Shown: in pieces, positions 28,677 to 39,508 of the stretch
Numbering within the stretch: the stretch's first letter is position 1
Layout: every line of letters starts with the position of its first letter
Assembly (NCBI GenBank): GCA_050287845.1
Contig: JBNKCR010000025.1
Coordinates: 1-64,000, forward strand
DNA: 64,000 nucleotides
Source: Polyangia bacterium
Lineage (GTDB): Bacteria; Myxococcota_A; Polyangia; JAAYKL01
Direction: 5' to 3'
Position numbers and translations under genes: made by a program
The notes under the pieces: model-generated
What the model was told of the DNA's origin: nothing
The model's input: only the letters and a program-made list of their open reading frames with translations
The model's database searches: none

Positions 28677-29414
28677 ATGAGATTCGGAATTTTAAGTGAT
28701 ATCCATGCGAACATTGAAGCATTGAACGCTGTTCTGACCGCGTACGAAAAGGAGGGGATAGATCGTTTTCTCTGTGCTGGCGATGTGGTGGGATACGGGG
28801 CCAATCCGAACGAATGTGTGGATATTATCCGAGATTTGACCGATTCTGTCGTAGTTGGAAATCATGATGCAGCTGTAGCGGGAATGATGGATTATTCGTA
28901 CTACTACGACGCTGCCCGCAAGGTGCTGGACGCGCACAAGAATGCACTCACCCCTGAAAATATGACGTGGCTGCGAAATCTGCCATATACCAAACGGTTC
29001 AATGAATATGACATAATGCTCTGTCACGGATCGCCGATAGATGTTGAGGAATTTGATTACATCTTTTTACCGGAGCAGGCGTATGCATTGCTGCCGTATT
29101 ATGACAGCCTCAGTCATGTTACCTTCATTGGTCACTCTCACCTGTGCCGGGTGTTTGAGCTGGGGCGGACCAACGTCAATGAAATTGCCACCAAGAGCTT
29201 TTCGCTCGCTCCGGATAAAAAATATGTGATTTCCGTGGGATCGGTTGGCCAACCCCGCGATTACGACAATCGCGCGAGTTATACCATTTTCGACCACGAA
29301 GCGCAGACCTTCCATTTTAAACGTGTGGAGTACGACATCGAAACCGCCGCGACAAAAATTTTCCGGCTTGGTCTGGAGCGTAATTTTGGGAACCGTCTGT
29401 TCATCGGCGTGTAG
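28677..29414 (+). CDS. Calcineurin-like metallophosphoesterase
   Basis: DIHAN, GDVVGYG, GNHD, HGSP, GHSH, GSVGQPRD. Confidence 0.92.
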   Translation: MRFGILSDIHANIEALNAVLTAYEKEGIDRFLCAGDVVGYGANPNECVDIIRDLTDSVVVGNHDAAVAGMMDYSYYYDAARKVLDAHKNALTPENMTWLRNLPYTKRFNEYDIMLCHGSPIDVEEFDYIFLPEQAYALLPYYDSLSHVTFIGHSHLCRVFELGRTNVNEIATKSFSLAPDKKYVISVGSVGQPRDYDNRASYTIFDHEAQTFHFKRVEYDIETAATKIFRLGLERNFGNRLFIGV

Positions 29415-29558
29415 TGGTTGCCTTTCTTCGGTGGTTTCGGCGACAGTGATATTGATATAATCGACCAGAGCGAATCAACGTTATGTTGAGTGAAGCGAAC
29501 GACTGCTGAAATCGTTTATTCAGCAGGATGCGTTCAGGAACGATTCACTGAGAATTGC

Positions 29559-31892
29559 ATGAGTCCGGTTGTGAAAAATGCATATCGAAAAATAGACGCG
29601 GTTGTCGCGAACTGGGAAGACCGCCTGCGTGGTGAGATAACAGCCAAAACGGTAACCGCCGCCAACGACCCCACACTGAAGGGATTCCCCACCTGGCTGC
29701 ACCACGATATCATGGCCGGTCTGACCAGTGTGGGGATTCAGCAACCCTACAGTCATCAGGTGGCGGCATGGAATATGCTGCACAGTGGCAACGATCTGGT
29801 CATTGCCACGCCCACCGCGTCCGGAAAAACACTCTGCTACAATGTCCCGGTTGCCCACGCCCTGCTCAATGAACCGGATGCCCGGGCACTGTACCTCTTT
29901 CCCACCAAGGCGCTGGCCCGGGATCAGGAATCGACGGTGCGAAAGCTGCTGTCCCTGTGCGGTCTGGATCAGAAAGCTGTGGTATATGATGGCGATACGC
30001 CGTCGGATATTCGCCGGGCGGCCAGAAAGACGGCGAGTGTCATTATTTCCAATCCGGACATGCTGCACACGGGTATCCTGCCTCACCACGCATCCTGGGC
30101 CGGTTTTTTCTCGAATCTGAAGTATGTGGTGGTGGACGAACTCCATCAGTATCGCGGGGTTTTCGGCTCCCATGTGGCCAACGTGTTTCGCAGGTTGGCC
30201 AGAATCTGCGAATTCTATGGCGCCAGACCGCGGTATGTGGGGTGCTCGGCCACCATCGGTAATCCTGGGGAGCTCGCGGAAAAGGTGCTTGGAAAGAATG
30301 TGGTGGCCATTACCGAAAGTGGCGCGCCGTCGGGGAAGCGCACCTTTGTGTTGTATAACCCGGAAGTAGTGGATCCGGTTATGGGCACCAGAGCATCGGC
30401 ATTCCGGACAGCGGCCAGACTGGCAGCGGATCTGGTGAAGGAAGATATAACCACACTGGTATTCTGTCAGACCCGCCGAGGAGTGGAAATTGTATTGCAT
30501 TACCTCAGAAGTCGGGTGCGCGTGGATGGAGATGTTACCGAAATGATCCGCGGTTATCGCGGGGGGTATCTGCCAAATCTGCGACGGGAAATCGAATCTG
30601 ATTTGCGGGAAGGCCGATTGAAAGCCGTGGTGGCGACCAATGCACTGGAACTGGGCATTGACGTGGGGGAACTGGATGCCGTCCTTCTTGCCGGATACCC
30701 GGGCACCATTGCGGCCACGCATCAGCGAAGTGGCCGGGCCGGACGGCGGCAGCATCCATCATTGTCGGTACTGATTTCCCGCAGCACGCCCATGGATCAG
30801 TTTCTGGCGAGGCACCCCCAATATCTGTTTGAAGGATCTCCTGAAAAGGCGCAGGTCCAGCCCGACAACGTTGAGATTCTGCTTTCTCATCTGCGCTGTG
30901 CTGCATTTGAACTGCCCTTTGGCGAGGTCGAGTGCTTCGGCTCGTTGCTGGTGACCGATGCCCAGGCTGCACTGTCGGTGCTGGCGGATGAGGGGCTGCT
31001 CAAAAAGAGCGGCCAGCGGTTTCACTATGTGGCAGACGGGTATCCGGCGGCAGAAGTGAATCTGCGGGTGGCCATGATGCAGAATGTGGTGGTGTACAAC
31101 CTGCTGAACAACGAGCCCCTGGCCGAGGTGGCGGCCCACAGCGCCCGGTTCGAGCTGCACAGGGACGCCATTTACCAGCACGAAGGAAGTACGTATGAGG
31201 TGGTTCGCTTTGATCCGGAGCAGTCCAGGGCATTTGTGAACCCGGTGGAGCCGGTGTATTACACCACCGCCGTTGACCAGACCCGCATCAATCAGTTGCA
31301 GACGCGACGGGAAAAACAGATTGGTAACTCCACGCTCATCGCCGGAGATGTGGAAGTGGTGGAAAATGTTGTGGGCTTTAAAAAAATCAAATTTCAGACC
31401 CATGAAAATCTGGGATACGGGGACATCTCCTTGCCCCCTTTAACCATGGAAACCGAATCGACATGGCTGATATGTCATCCGTCTATCACCGGGCAGCTGA
31501 ACCCGGTAACCGCCGCGGCTGCCCTGGATGGCGTTGCCAATGCGTTGTCGCAGGTGATATCGCTCCGATTGATGTGCGACCCCAGGGATATTGCCCTGAG
31601 CGTCCAGACCGCCACGCCGGACGGGGGCGAACAGACCCACTGGCAACCGGTGATGTATATATATGATACACACGAAGGGGGCGTGGGACTTTCGGAAAGG
31701 GCGTTTGACGAAATGCCGCTGCTGCTTGCGGATGCATCCGCCCTGGTGAACGGATGCAAGTGTCTGGAGGGATGCCCGGTCTGCATCGGACCACCCGTTG
31801 CTGAAAACCAGACGGCCATCAAAGATACAGCGCGTACGATTCTTGCATTGCTTCTGGCAGGTTCATCCACAGATACGGAGGTGTGCAATTGA
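29559..31892 (+). CDS. DEXH helicase with DUF1998 (MrfA/YprA/SftH family)
   Basis: TPTASGKT, PTKALARDQ, DELH, SAT, ALELGIDVG, QRSGRAGR, C-terminal CKCLEGCPVC. Confidence 0.9.
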   Translation: MSPVVKNAYRKIDAVVANWEDRLRGEITAKTVTAANDPTLKGFPTWLHHDIMAGLTSVGIQQPYSHQVAAWNMLHSGNDLVIATPTASGKTLCYNVPVAHALLNEPDARALYLFPTKALARDQESTVRKLLSLCGLDQKAVVYDGDTPSDIRRAARKTASVIISNPDMLHTGILPHHASWAGFFSNLKYVVVDELHQYRGVFGSHVANVFRRLARICEFYGARPRYVGCSATIGNPGELAEKVLGKNVVAITESGAPSGKRTFVLYNPEVVDPVMGTRASAFRTAARLAADLVKEDITTLVFCQTRRGVEIVLHYLRSRVRVDGDVTEMIRGYRGGYLPNLRREIESDLREGRLKAVVATNALELGIDVGELDAVLLAGYPGTIAATHQRSGRAGRRQHPSLSVLISRSTPMDQFLARHPQYLFEGSPEKAQVQPDNVEILLSHLRCAAFELPFGEVECFGSLLVTDAQAALSVLADEGLLKKSGQRFHYVADGYPAAEVNLRVAMMQNVVVYNLLNNEPLAEVAAHSARFELHRDAIYQHEGSTYEVVRFDPEQSRAFVNPVEPVYYTTAVDQTRINQLQTRREKQIGNSTLIAGDVEVVENVVGFKKIKFQTHENLGYGDISLPPLTMETESTWLICHPSITGQLNPVTAAAALDGVANALSQVISLRLMCDPRDIALSVQTATPDGGEQTHWQPVMYIYDTHEGGVGLSERAFDEMPLLLADASALVNGCKCLEGCPVCIGPPVAENQTAIKDTARTILALLLAGSSTDTEVCN

Positions 31893-33322
31893 GCCGATTA
31901 CAGGGAAAATTGAGTCGTCGCAGACAACGGGCTGACAATGACGGGCAGCGTGAACAGCAGATAGACGAGCCGGAAGCCCCATTGGCGCAACCTGTTTCTC
32001 CGAACGATAAAACAGGCGACGTGGCGGGAAGCAAGTCCGATATTATTGCCCAGCTGCAGCGCCGGATGGAGAAGATTCAGCAACAGCCGGTAAAGGTATT
32101 TGGTACCAGAAACCGGAAACCCCGAATAAATTCAGATTGGCCAGCGCCTGAAGATGTGCCGGAGACGGAGATTCCGAACGAGGCGAAAGCCCCGAAAGAT
32201 TCGCTGACGATTCAGCCGGAAGCCCTGTTGCCCGGGGGCGTGCTGGATACGGAAATGGGAGAAATCTGGCAACACCGGAAAACGTATCCCGGATACTTTC
32301 ACGGCAATGCCCCGGTGAATCGGTTTTTATCAGTGGGCCCGGCCATGGGCGTATTTGCCAAAGACAATCGATTGTCCGCCATGCCGCCGGAGGGGGCGCT
32401 CTTCATCGATACGGAAACCACCGGCCTGAGCAGTGGCGCGGGTACCCTGGCTTTTTTGATTGGCTGTGGTTTTTTTGAAGATGGCGTGTTTGTGGTGGAG
32501 CAGTATTTCTGTCGGGAACCGGCGGAGGAGCCGGCACAGCTGGCCGCATTGGCCAACCGGCTGGCGAGTGCGACGTATCTGGTATCGTTCAATGGAAAGG
32601 CGTTTGACATTCCGCTCATCAACACCCGATTTATTCTCAACCGAACAAAGAATCCGGCATACAACCTGCCTCATCTGGATTTGCTTCACGTGTGCCGGCG
32701 TATTTTCAAAAGACGGCTCAACGATCGCTCGCTGCAGAATCTGGAAAGGGTGCTGCTGGGATTCACACGTGAGGGAGATATTCCCGGAGCGTTGATTCCC
32801 GAAGCGTATCGGGACTATCTTTTCGGCCATGGCGAAGACCGGATTGCGGCCATTCTGGAACACAACCAGCTCGACATCGTGGCGCTGGCTGCCCTGGGGG
32901 GCATGCTCGACGAAATTTACAATGACCCCCGTGCGGTGGCTCATGCGGCCGACCATCTGGGCCTGGCCAAAGAAGCCTTTGGCGCCGGTGAAACGTTTAT
33001 TGGCGACTGGCATCTGAATGCCGCCGACGATGTAGGAATGGCGGACGACCGGAAAGTTGCGTTGCACATGAAAGCCAGGGAGACGCTCCGGCGCAGGCAG
33101 TATTCGCAGGCGGCAACGCTGTACCACGAAATTCTCGGGATGGATGAGGCCGATAGCCTGGCGCATCTGCAACTGGCCAAACTGTACGAGCATCGTCTGA
33201 AAGACTACGACCGGGCCCTGCATCATGCAGGGGCAGTGACCGATTTGGAAGGCGACGATGCAACGGACCATCGCATGAAACGCATTGAAAAAAAGAGGAG
33301 TAAAAATGCCGGACGCAAGTAA
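31883..33322 (+). CDS. RNase_H_2/DEDD exonuclease with TPR (MrfB/YprB-like)
   Basis: FIDTETTGL, SFNGKAFDIP, HLDLLH, HNQLD, LAKLYEH; overlaps the helicase. Confidence 0.88.
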   Translation: MQLSRLQGKLSRRRQRADNDGQREQQIDEPEAPLAQPVSPNDKTGDVAGSKSDIIAQLQRRMEKIQQQPVKVFGTRNRKPRINSDWPAPEDVPETEIPNEAKAPKDSLTIQPEALLPGGVLDTEMGEIWQHRKTYPGYFHGNAPVNRFLSVGPAMGVFAKDNRLSAMPPEGALFIDTETTGLSSGAGTLAFLIGCGFFEDGVFVVEQYFCREPAEEPAQLAALANRLASATYLVSFNGKAFDIPLINTRFILNRTKNPAYNLPHLDLLHVCRRIFKRRLNDRSLQNLERVLLGFTREGDIPGALIPEAYRDYLFGHGEDRIAAILEHNQLDIVALAALGGMLDEIYNDPRAVAHAADHLGLAKEAFGAGETFIGDWHLNAADDVGMADDRKVALHMKARETLRRRQYSQAATLYHEILGMDEADSLAHLQLAKLYEHRLKDYDRALHHAGAVTDLEGDDATDHRMKRIEKKRSKNAGRK

Positions 33323-34310
33323 CGGACGGAACAGAACAGACGGCGCGTTTCCGGGAATACCGGTGGTCATATCTGTCCTGATAATCATCGCCTGCGGCAG
33401 AGACGGGAATGCGGCGGGTGCAAAAACGCCGAAGCCGGAATCCCCCATTGAATCGCCGGCGACCCCGGATAAAACGTCGACAACTGTATTTGCGGATACC
33501 AGAGTTGTTTTTTTTGAATGGTGTCCCACCACGGGATTTCATGGTTCCTATTCGCTCAGTGAGCAGGCGGATCAGCATCGCATAGTGATTCCGGCTGGGA
33601 TACAGAAAGGGAAGTCGTACCCGGTGGTCATCGGGTTTCACGGGCAGCCCAGACGGGGAAAAGACCCCAGAGACTACATGTTCATGGCGCCGGTCCAGCG
33701 CACAGTGCTTCGGCTGGTGGAATCCGGGGACATTGAGCCGGTCATTCTGGTGATGCCGGTGTTTCGTTTTCTGGGGACCAATTGGCCCCGGTTCAATCCG
33801 CGTCTGTTTCAGAAAAAAGTGATGGAATTGTTGGCCCAGGAGGGGATTGAAGCCAGAGAATGGTACGCGTTTGGCTATTCCGGCGCCGCGGGATGCGGGG
33901 GCGACGGGTTGAATCAGATTCATGGGATTTCTCCCGACGGGGTGGGATTTTTCGATACCTGTCTTGGGGAAAGCTGGCAACTGGAGGTGAAACAGCTGCA
34001 GAAGGCGGGGGTGAAAACCTTCAACATTCACTCGGTGGAAACCGCCGGATTCAAACCGAAGCAGCGGCCGGAATACCAGGCAAATTTCGATTTTGGAAGG
34101 GCATATGCGCCCCTTGGCATTGAACCGGTACCCTGTCCGAAGGTTCATCCGGGGGCCAGACTGAGAAAGCTCCCCTACCGTTGCAGCGCCACCAGCGATG
34201 GCCTGATTCAGAGTTTCGTGGTGGATACCGGCGAAGGCGAAGCGGCCCACAAAGCCATTCTGGAGCCGGCCATTACCTACTTTCTGAAGTATTTTCTCGC
34301 TGTGAAATAA
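33306..34310 (+). CDS. Hypothetical lipoprotein, possible alpha/beta-hydrolase fold
   Basis: Lipobox IIAC; YPVVIGFHG and FGYSGAAG motifs. Confidence 0.6.
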   Translation: MPDASNGRNRTDGAFPGIPVVISVLIIIACGRDGNAAGAKTPKPESPIESPATPDKTSTTVFADTRVVFFEWCPTTGFHGSYSLSEQADQHRIVIPAGIQKGKSYPVVIGFHGQPRRGKDPRDYMFMAPVQRTVLRLVESGDIEPVILVMPVFRFLGTNWPRFNPRLFQKKVMELLAQEGIEAREWYAFGYSGAAGCGGDGLNQIHGISPDGVGFFDTCLGESWQLEVKQLQKAGVKTFNIHSVETAGFKPKQRPEYQANFDFGRAYAPLGIEPVPCPKVHPGARLRKLPYRCSATSDGLIQSFVVDTGEGEAAHKAILEPAITYFLKYFLAVK

Positions 34311-34432
34311 ATTCCCCTGAAACATACACCTATATTGTAAATACATTTTGACGCTTCATTTGAGGTGCACAGGATATATTTACCGAATATTCATGCCCAT
34401 TGCGGCATTGGAATCGTCGTAACGACCATCGG

Positions 34433-35374
34433 TCACGGACAGAAGGTGACCTGTTCATCGAGATCGTAATTCTTCTGAATGGTGGAGAACCCCGCAGTGC
34501 TCGGGTGGGTGCAGATGGTGTTCATATTGCCACTGTACTCCGTATGAAATACCGCCTTGCCGGCGTCGATGAAAACGGAGAGCACATCGCATTCGTTCCA
34601 TTCGAAACATTCCTCATTCAATGCCCAGTCAAAGTCTGATACCAGCTGGTTCACCTGATCGAGGTCATTTTTAAGTCCGATGGACAATCCCCTGGTGTGG
34701 GCTTCGCTTGCCAGGAACCGATTGAAGTCCAGCTGCTGGGTCCCGGTGAGGCCAATGCCGTTGGCGTTGGCGTAACCATCCACATTGTCGGGTTCCACAC
34801 CATCGCATCCCTTTTCGACGGCCACATCCAATCGGGAGCGCATCAGTTCTCTCACCTTTGTGGCGGACACGTCCAACCAGTATTCCCCCTCCCATCCATC
34901 CAGGGGACTGCCAATCCAGTCGTCCGTTCCCGGACGCCACGACGCCGTATCCCCCCGCCAGTCTTCATACGAACCCGCCGAAAAGTAACAGACCACTTTT
35001 CGACCGGCGTCCTTGAGGGCCAGAATGGTTTCTTTCGGGGTGTCAAACAGATCAATGTCGTACATCTCCACATCATAGGAAGAATCCAGGGTTCCCGAAA
35101 GCTGCCATTGCCAGGTAGTCCCGGGAACCGGTTGCCAGATGTGAACAGCAGCATCAGTACCGGAATCGGTGCCCGTATCGCCGGCCGTCTCCGAATCGAT
35201 CGAGGAATCACTGTCTGTCTGCGTGGCAAAATCCGTTGCCGCAGCGGTTCCAGTATCCGTTCCATCCGTTCCTGTATCGGTGTCCGCCGCTGTTCCTGCA
35301 TCCCCGGCATCGGAGGATTCGGAGCCACACCCCAGCATCCCCACGATCAGTACTATCCATTGCCAATGTTTCAT
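34433..35374 (-). CDS. GH114 endo-alpha-1,4-polygalactosaminidase lipoprotein
   Basis: TWQWQL, DIDLFD, CYFSAGSYE, GCDGVEPDNVDGY, GLKNDLDQ, ALNEEC; D/T-rich linker after the lipobox. Confidence 0.92.
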   Translation of the reverse strand: MKHWQWIVLIVGMLGCGSESSDAGDAGTAADTDTGTDGTDTGTAAATDFATQTDSDSSIDSETAGDTGTDSGTDAAVHIWQPVPGTTWQWQLSGTLDSSYDVEMYDIDLFDTPKETILALKDAGRKVVCYFSAGSYEDWRGDTASWRPGTDDWIGSPLDGWEGEYWLDVSATKVRELMRSRLDVAVEKGCDGVEPDNVDGYANANGIGLTGTQQLDFNRFLASEAHTRGLSIGLKNDLDQVNQLVSDFDWALNEECFEWNECDVLSVFIDAGKAVFHTEYSGNMNTICTHPSTAGFSTIQKNYDLDEQVTFCP

Positions 35375-35561
35375 TCACACCTCCTCCGCGCACTTTTTTC
35401 GTGACGCGCCAGCACTCATTGTTGGCAGAAAATCCGTATTACTATACCCGACGCTGCAGATGCCGGCATATAAATCTGGATATATTAACTACTTCGCGCT
35501 TAAATGGAACTCCCCGATATTGAGATTGACAGCCGCTGGCCCTTTCTGATATTCACGCCGC

Positions 35562-35771
35562 GTTGCCGGTGGAGTTGTTATGAATATCAATTTCATACGC
35601 TCCTGAAAATGGGAACCTGGTGAGAATCCGGGACTGCCCCGCAGCGGTAAGTGGGAACGAAAACTGTCATTAAGCACTGGGTCATAGTGACCTGGGAAGC
35701 GACGGTGAGTAGGCACAGGGTGTGATGCCCTTTTCAATTTATGCCCACAAGTCCGAAGACCTGCCGGAAAC
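35562..35771 (+). ncRNA. Cobalamin (AdoCbl) riboswitch
   Basis: AATGGGAA..GGTGAGAATCC..GACTGCCCCGCAGCGGTAA, CACTG...GGGAAG, B12 box AAGTCCGAAGACCTGCC; upstream of a TonB receptor. Confidence 0.95.
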
Positions 35772-35955
35772 GATAACTGTTTGCCAGACCTTCGAGGGAG
35801 AGGACGGCGAAAATGATCAACAATCGTTTTCCTGAAAAAATATCTTTCGCAGCAATAATACCTGCGGCTCCGCTGAGAGTCCTCTGTTGTCTGGCATATC
35901 CCATTGATTGCGTTATCCATCACGCAATCTTGCCACCAACGGAGAACGCAACGCT

Positions 35956-38136
35956 GTGCAACGTTTGATTCCGATTTCGATTCCGCTGATTGCCTGGTCA
36001 ATGTTTCCCATTTGCGCCTCTGCCTTTGAGAATGATGGCGCACCTGAAGACATGAACGAGGATGTAGCGACCGTCACCGAAGACATTATCGTGGTTGGCG
36101 ATGGCGGAGACGGTTTCACCGATGACTTTGACAATTGGGACAGCATTTCTGAATTTGCTGAAGAAGATCTGATATTCGAAACAAAAGTCAGAGACTTTCA
36201 AATTCATCATACCGACGAGGTCACGGGATTTGCCGAAACGATTGATGTAACCGAAGAAAGCAAAGGCGTTACAGACCTGTCAGAAGTGCTTTCAAATTCC
36301 GTGGGCGTTCAGGTGCGCAGTATGGGCGGGCTCGGTTCGTATGGCGCGGCAAGTATTCGCGGCTCAACCCCAAATCAGGTGCCGGTTTTTCTGGATAATG
36401 TGCAGCTCAATACCGGGGGATTCTCTGCTGTGAATCTGGGCGACTTTTCTCTTGACGTGCTTGATTCGATTGAAGTGTACAGAGGCAGTACTCCCCTTGC
36501 CCCTGGAACGGGCGGTATTGGTGGCGCCATTGTGTTGCACACACGCGTCCTCAAAGAGCCGGTCATCGAAGTCGCTGGTAGCTATGGTTCATGGAATACC
36601 TGGCGGGGATTCGGGCTCTGGGGTGATTCGGTTGGAAAAACAGATGTGCTGACCATTGCCTCAGTACAGCATTCGGATGGAGACTTCTGGTATTTCAATC
36701 AGCAGGGCACTTTCAGGAATCCGGACGATGATGTGTTTCAGTACCGTACGAACAATGACCACACTGCGTATTCCACAATGCTTAAGTTACGGCGTGATGT
36801 GGGCCATTGGAACGTCACAGCAATGGACCATTTTTACCATAGCGAATTGGGGCTCGCTGGTCTGGACTCGTTTGCCGGGCGAAGCAATGCCAGAATGTAC
36901 ACCATTCGAAACAGTGCCCATTTCCAGTTTGAGCGACCGGCTGGCAATAAATCCAAAATTGATTTGGGGGTTTCGTACCTGCTGTTATGGGAGCTATTTG
37001 ATGATCGGGACGGACTCATCGGCACCGGCCACCAGGATCACAAATACCGCACCGATGGTCTTGGCGGATCCGCGCTGTTAAAAACCGAATACAGCGACAT
37101 GCACAGCACGGTTTTCCGAATCGCAAGCCGGTTTGAAAGATACGGTGAGTTTCGCAAGGGAAGATCACTGGAAGACCAGCAGAGTCCAACCTATAGAGTG
37201 AAAACAGAAATGGGGGGGGAATACGATTTTCATCCATGGTCACCATTTCATGTTGTTCCAACGCTGCGGGGAGAACTGCTGTATTCGTATTTTGGAGGTG
37301 GCCGCATCACGTCTTATGTGGATGAATTTGAGGCCACAGACAAAACGGACTTTTACTTTTCGCCGTCGATTGGGGCGCGGTACGAACCTGTAAAGGGGTT
37401 GCAATGGAGAGCCAATGGCGGGCGATATGTGCGCACCCCGGATTTGACAGAACTGTTTGGGGACAGAGGCGCGGTGATTGGCAATCCTGATCTTGTTGCG
37501 GAGTCGGGATACAACATGGATGTCGGTGTGACATGGAAGCATATTGGAGAATCCGTTCTGGATTGTTGGCGTCTGGATGCGGTCTGGTTTGTCAACTGGG
37601 TGGATGACCTGATTTCTCTGGAACAAAACTCTCAGAGTACCTCTCGTCCGGTAAATGTGGGCAAAGCGCGAATTCGGGGGGTTGAGCTGGCATTCAACGT
37701 GACGATGGCGGACCTGATAACGTTTACGGGAAACTACACCCTGTTTCAGGGCGTCGACAAAACGGGATTGCCACAGTACGACGGGAAGAAACTGCCGGTA
37801 CGCCCCACCCATGAAATGTATGGGTGCATCAAACTTGAAAAGAAACTGGGCCCCATCGTCCTGGGGGGATGGTTCGATGCGGACTATGCTGGAAAAGCAT
37901 ATCTGGGCAGGTACAACAACGAAAACTATGTCTCAAAGCATTATCACCTCGGGATTGGCAGCCGCGTTGCGCATCCGGGGTCCGGGTTAACCTTTACCTT
38001 TGAAATTAAAAATATTTTGGACAAATTGCGGTTTAAAAACGATGACGGCGACTGGCGTGCCATGACCGACTACGGGCGGTATCCGCTTCCGGGTCGCACA
38101 CTCATGGCAACGTTGCATTGGAAATTACCCAGATAG
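35956..38136 (+). CDS. TonB-dependent receptor, BtuB-like (start 35956 or 35908)
   Basis: Plug motifs VGVQVRSMGGLG...SIRGS...LDNVQLN...SIEVYRG; RTPDLTELFG...GNPDLVAE; YPLPGRT. Confidence 0.9.
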   Translation: MQRLIPISIPLIAWSMFPICASAFENDGAPEDMNEDVATVTEDIIVVGDGGDGFTDDFDNWDSISEFAEEDLIFETKVRDFQIHHTDEVTGFAETIDVTEESKGVTDLSEVLSNSVGVQVRSMGGLGSYGAASIRGSTPNQVPVFLDNVQLNTGGFSAVNLGDFSLDVLDSIEVYRGSTPLAPGTGGIGGAIVLHTRVLKEPVIEVAGSYGSWNTWRGFGLWGDSVGKTDVLTIASVQHSDGDFWYFNQQGTFRNPDDDVFQYRTNNDHTAYSTMLKLRRDVGHWNVTAMDHFYHSELGLAGLDSFAGRSNARMYTIRNSAHFQFERPAGNKSKIDLGVSYLLLWELFDDRDGLIGTGHQDHKYRTDGLGGSALLKTEYSDMHSTVFRIASRFERYGEFRKGRSLEDQQSPTYRVKTEMGGEYDFHPWSPFHVVPTLRGELLYSYFGGGRITSYVDEFEATDKTDFYFSPSIGARYEPVKGLQWRANGGRYVRTPDLTELFGDRGAVIGNPDLVAESGYNMDVGVTWKHIGESVLDCWRLDAVWFVNWVDDLISLEQNSQSTSRPVNVGKARIRGVELAFNVTMADLITFTGNYTLFQGVDKTGLPQYDGKKLPVRPTHEMYGCIKLEKKLGPIVLGGWFDADYAGKAYLGRYNNENYVSKHYHLGIGSRVAHPGSGLTFTFEIKNILDKLRFKNDDGDWRAMTDYGRYPLPGRTLMATLHWKLPR

Positions 38137-38183
38137 TGTCTGGGCTGACATTTCCATTCAGGGAGATTCCAGGGAGATTCTAA

Positions 38184-39455
38184 ATGATAAAAAAACAAAG
38201 AGAAAAAGTAACGGGCGGACAGCGAACAATGCACCTGTGGTTGCCAATTACGATCCTGACATGCGGCCTTGCTTCAGCGTCCTGTGATGACGATGAAAAC
38301 GACCCAGCTGATACAGCCAGTACGGATACTGCTACAGGCGGTGATAGTACGACAGGCAGTGACAGTGCGACAGGCAGTGACAGTACTACAACCGACACGA
38401 GTAGCGATACAGATTCCGATACCGGCGTTGTTGCCAAACCGGCTACCGGTGTTCTGGTGATTACCACAGATTACCAGACTGGCGCATATTCAACCGTATC
38501 ACTCAATGGCAAGGTCGTGACCCAAGACGTGGACATCATTCACTCCGATGCGGTTTGCCATGTGGATGGCGCTACCGGTACGCCTTTTATTTTGCAACGG
38601 CTGAGTGCGGACGCGGTGGATGTGTTGAATCCCACAAATTTTGCTATCACAAAAGAGTTTTCGGTTGAACCGTCTTCGAATCCCCACGACATCGAGCTGG
38701 TTGCGGCTGATAAGGCCTATGTCACTCGCTTTGGATCGCCTCTGATACTTATTATCAATCCCACAACTGGCGCTCAGACAGATACGGTGGATGTAAGCGC
38801 GCTGGCGGACGCAGATGGCATTCCAGAGATTTCCGGAATGGTGAACATGAAAGGCAAACTGTACGTGACGGTATCCCGGCTGGACAGGGACAATGGATGG
38901 GAACCCGTAGGCGACAGTTATATTGTTTTCATAGACGCAGCAACCGGCGCCGTGGAAGGGAACGTAAAAGTTCAGGGAACAAATATTGTGGGGCAGCCGG
39001 AATGGTCTGCCGCTTTAGGCAAATTCGTTATCTCACAGGTGGGTTCATATGGCACTCTGGCAGATGGCGGTGTGCAGCTACTCGATCCGGCGACCAATAC
39101 CCTCGGCGCGTTTGTCATTACCGAAGCAACCCTGGGCGGTAGTTTGAACAAAGTGGTGTGCGCAACGGAAACCAAGTGTTTTGCCATTATCGGCGTTACC
39201 GGCGACAGCGGCAGCAATACGCATCTGGTTGAGTTCAATCCCCAGACAGGTACAGTAACCGGCACCCTTGCCGCAGGGTCTGGCTGGATGTACGGCGATA
39301 TCGCGTTGAATGACGACAACAGTGAACTGTGGCTCGCCGACCGAACAGCTGATGCATCGGGACTCCGCATTTTTAATGTGGCAACAAGCACAGAAAAAAC
39401 AACCGCGCCAATAAATGTTGGATTGCCGCCGAGCGACATCTGTTTCACCAGGTAG
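38184..39455 (+). CDS. Surface beta-propeller lipoprotein (YncE/BtuG-like)
   Basis: Lipobox ASASC, D/T/S linker, SNPHDIELVAADKAYVT blades, C-terminal GLPPSDICF. Confidence 0.72.
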   Translation: MIKKQREKVTGGQRTMHLWLPITILTCGLASASCDDDENDPADTASTDTATGGDSTTGSDSATGSDSTTTDTSSDTDSDTGVVAKPATGVLVITTDYQTGAYSTVSLNGKVVTQDVDIIHSDAVCHVDGATGTPFILQRLSADAVDVLNPTNFAITKEFSVEPSSNPHDIELVAADKAYVTRFGSPLILIINPTTGAQTDTVDVSALADADGIPEISGMVNMKGKLYVTVSRLDRDNGWEPVGDSYIVFIDAATGAVEGNVKVQGTNIVGQPEWSAALGKFVISQVGSYGTLADGGVQLLDPATNTLGAFVITEATLGGSLNKVVCATETKCFAIIGVTGDSGSNTHLVEFNPQTGTVTGTLAAGSGWMYGDIALNDDNSELWLADRTADASGLRIFNVATSTEKTTAPINVGLPPSDICFTR

Positions 39456-39508
39456 GAGGACGCGAACATTTCGATTGTAACAACAACCGCATGAGTGAAG
39501 AGGCACTA

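Noticed and set aside
29559..33322. Anti-phage system (DISARM/Druantia-type DUF1998 helicase)
   Set aside because: The partner is a YprB-like exonuclease, there are no methylase or other defence genes, and the context looks like core genome.
35489..36043. 184-aa minus-strand ORF
   Set aside because: Antisense to the cobalamin riboswitch and receptor start; no protein features.
38159..38180. Direct repeat CAGGGAGATTC x2 before the propeller lipoprotein
   Set aside because: Only two 11-bp copies around the ribosome-binding site; no support for a function.
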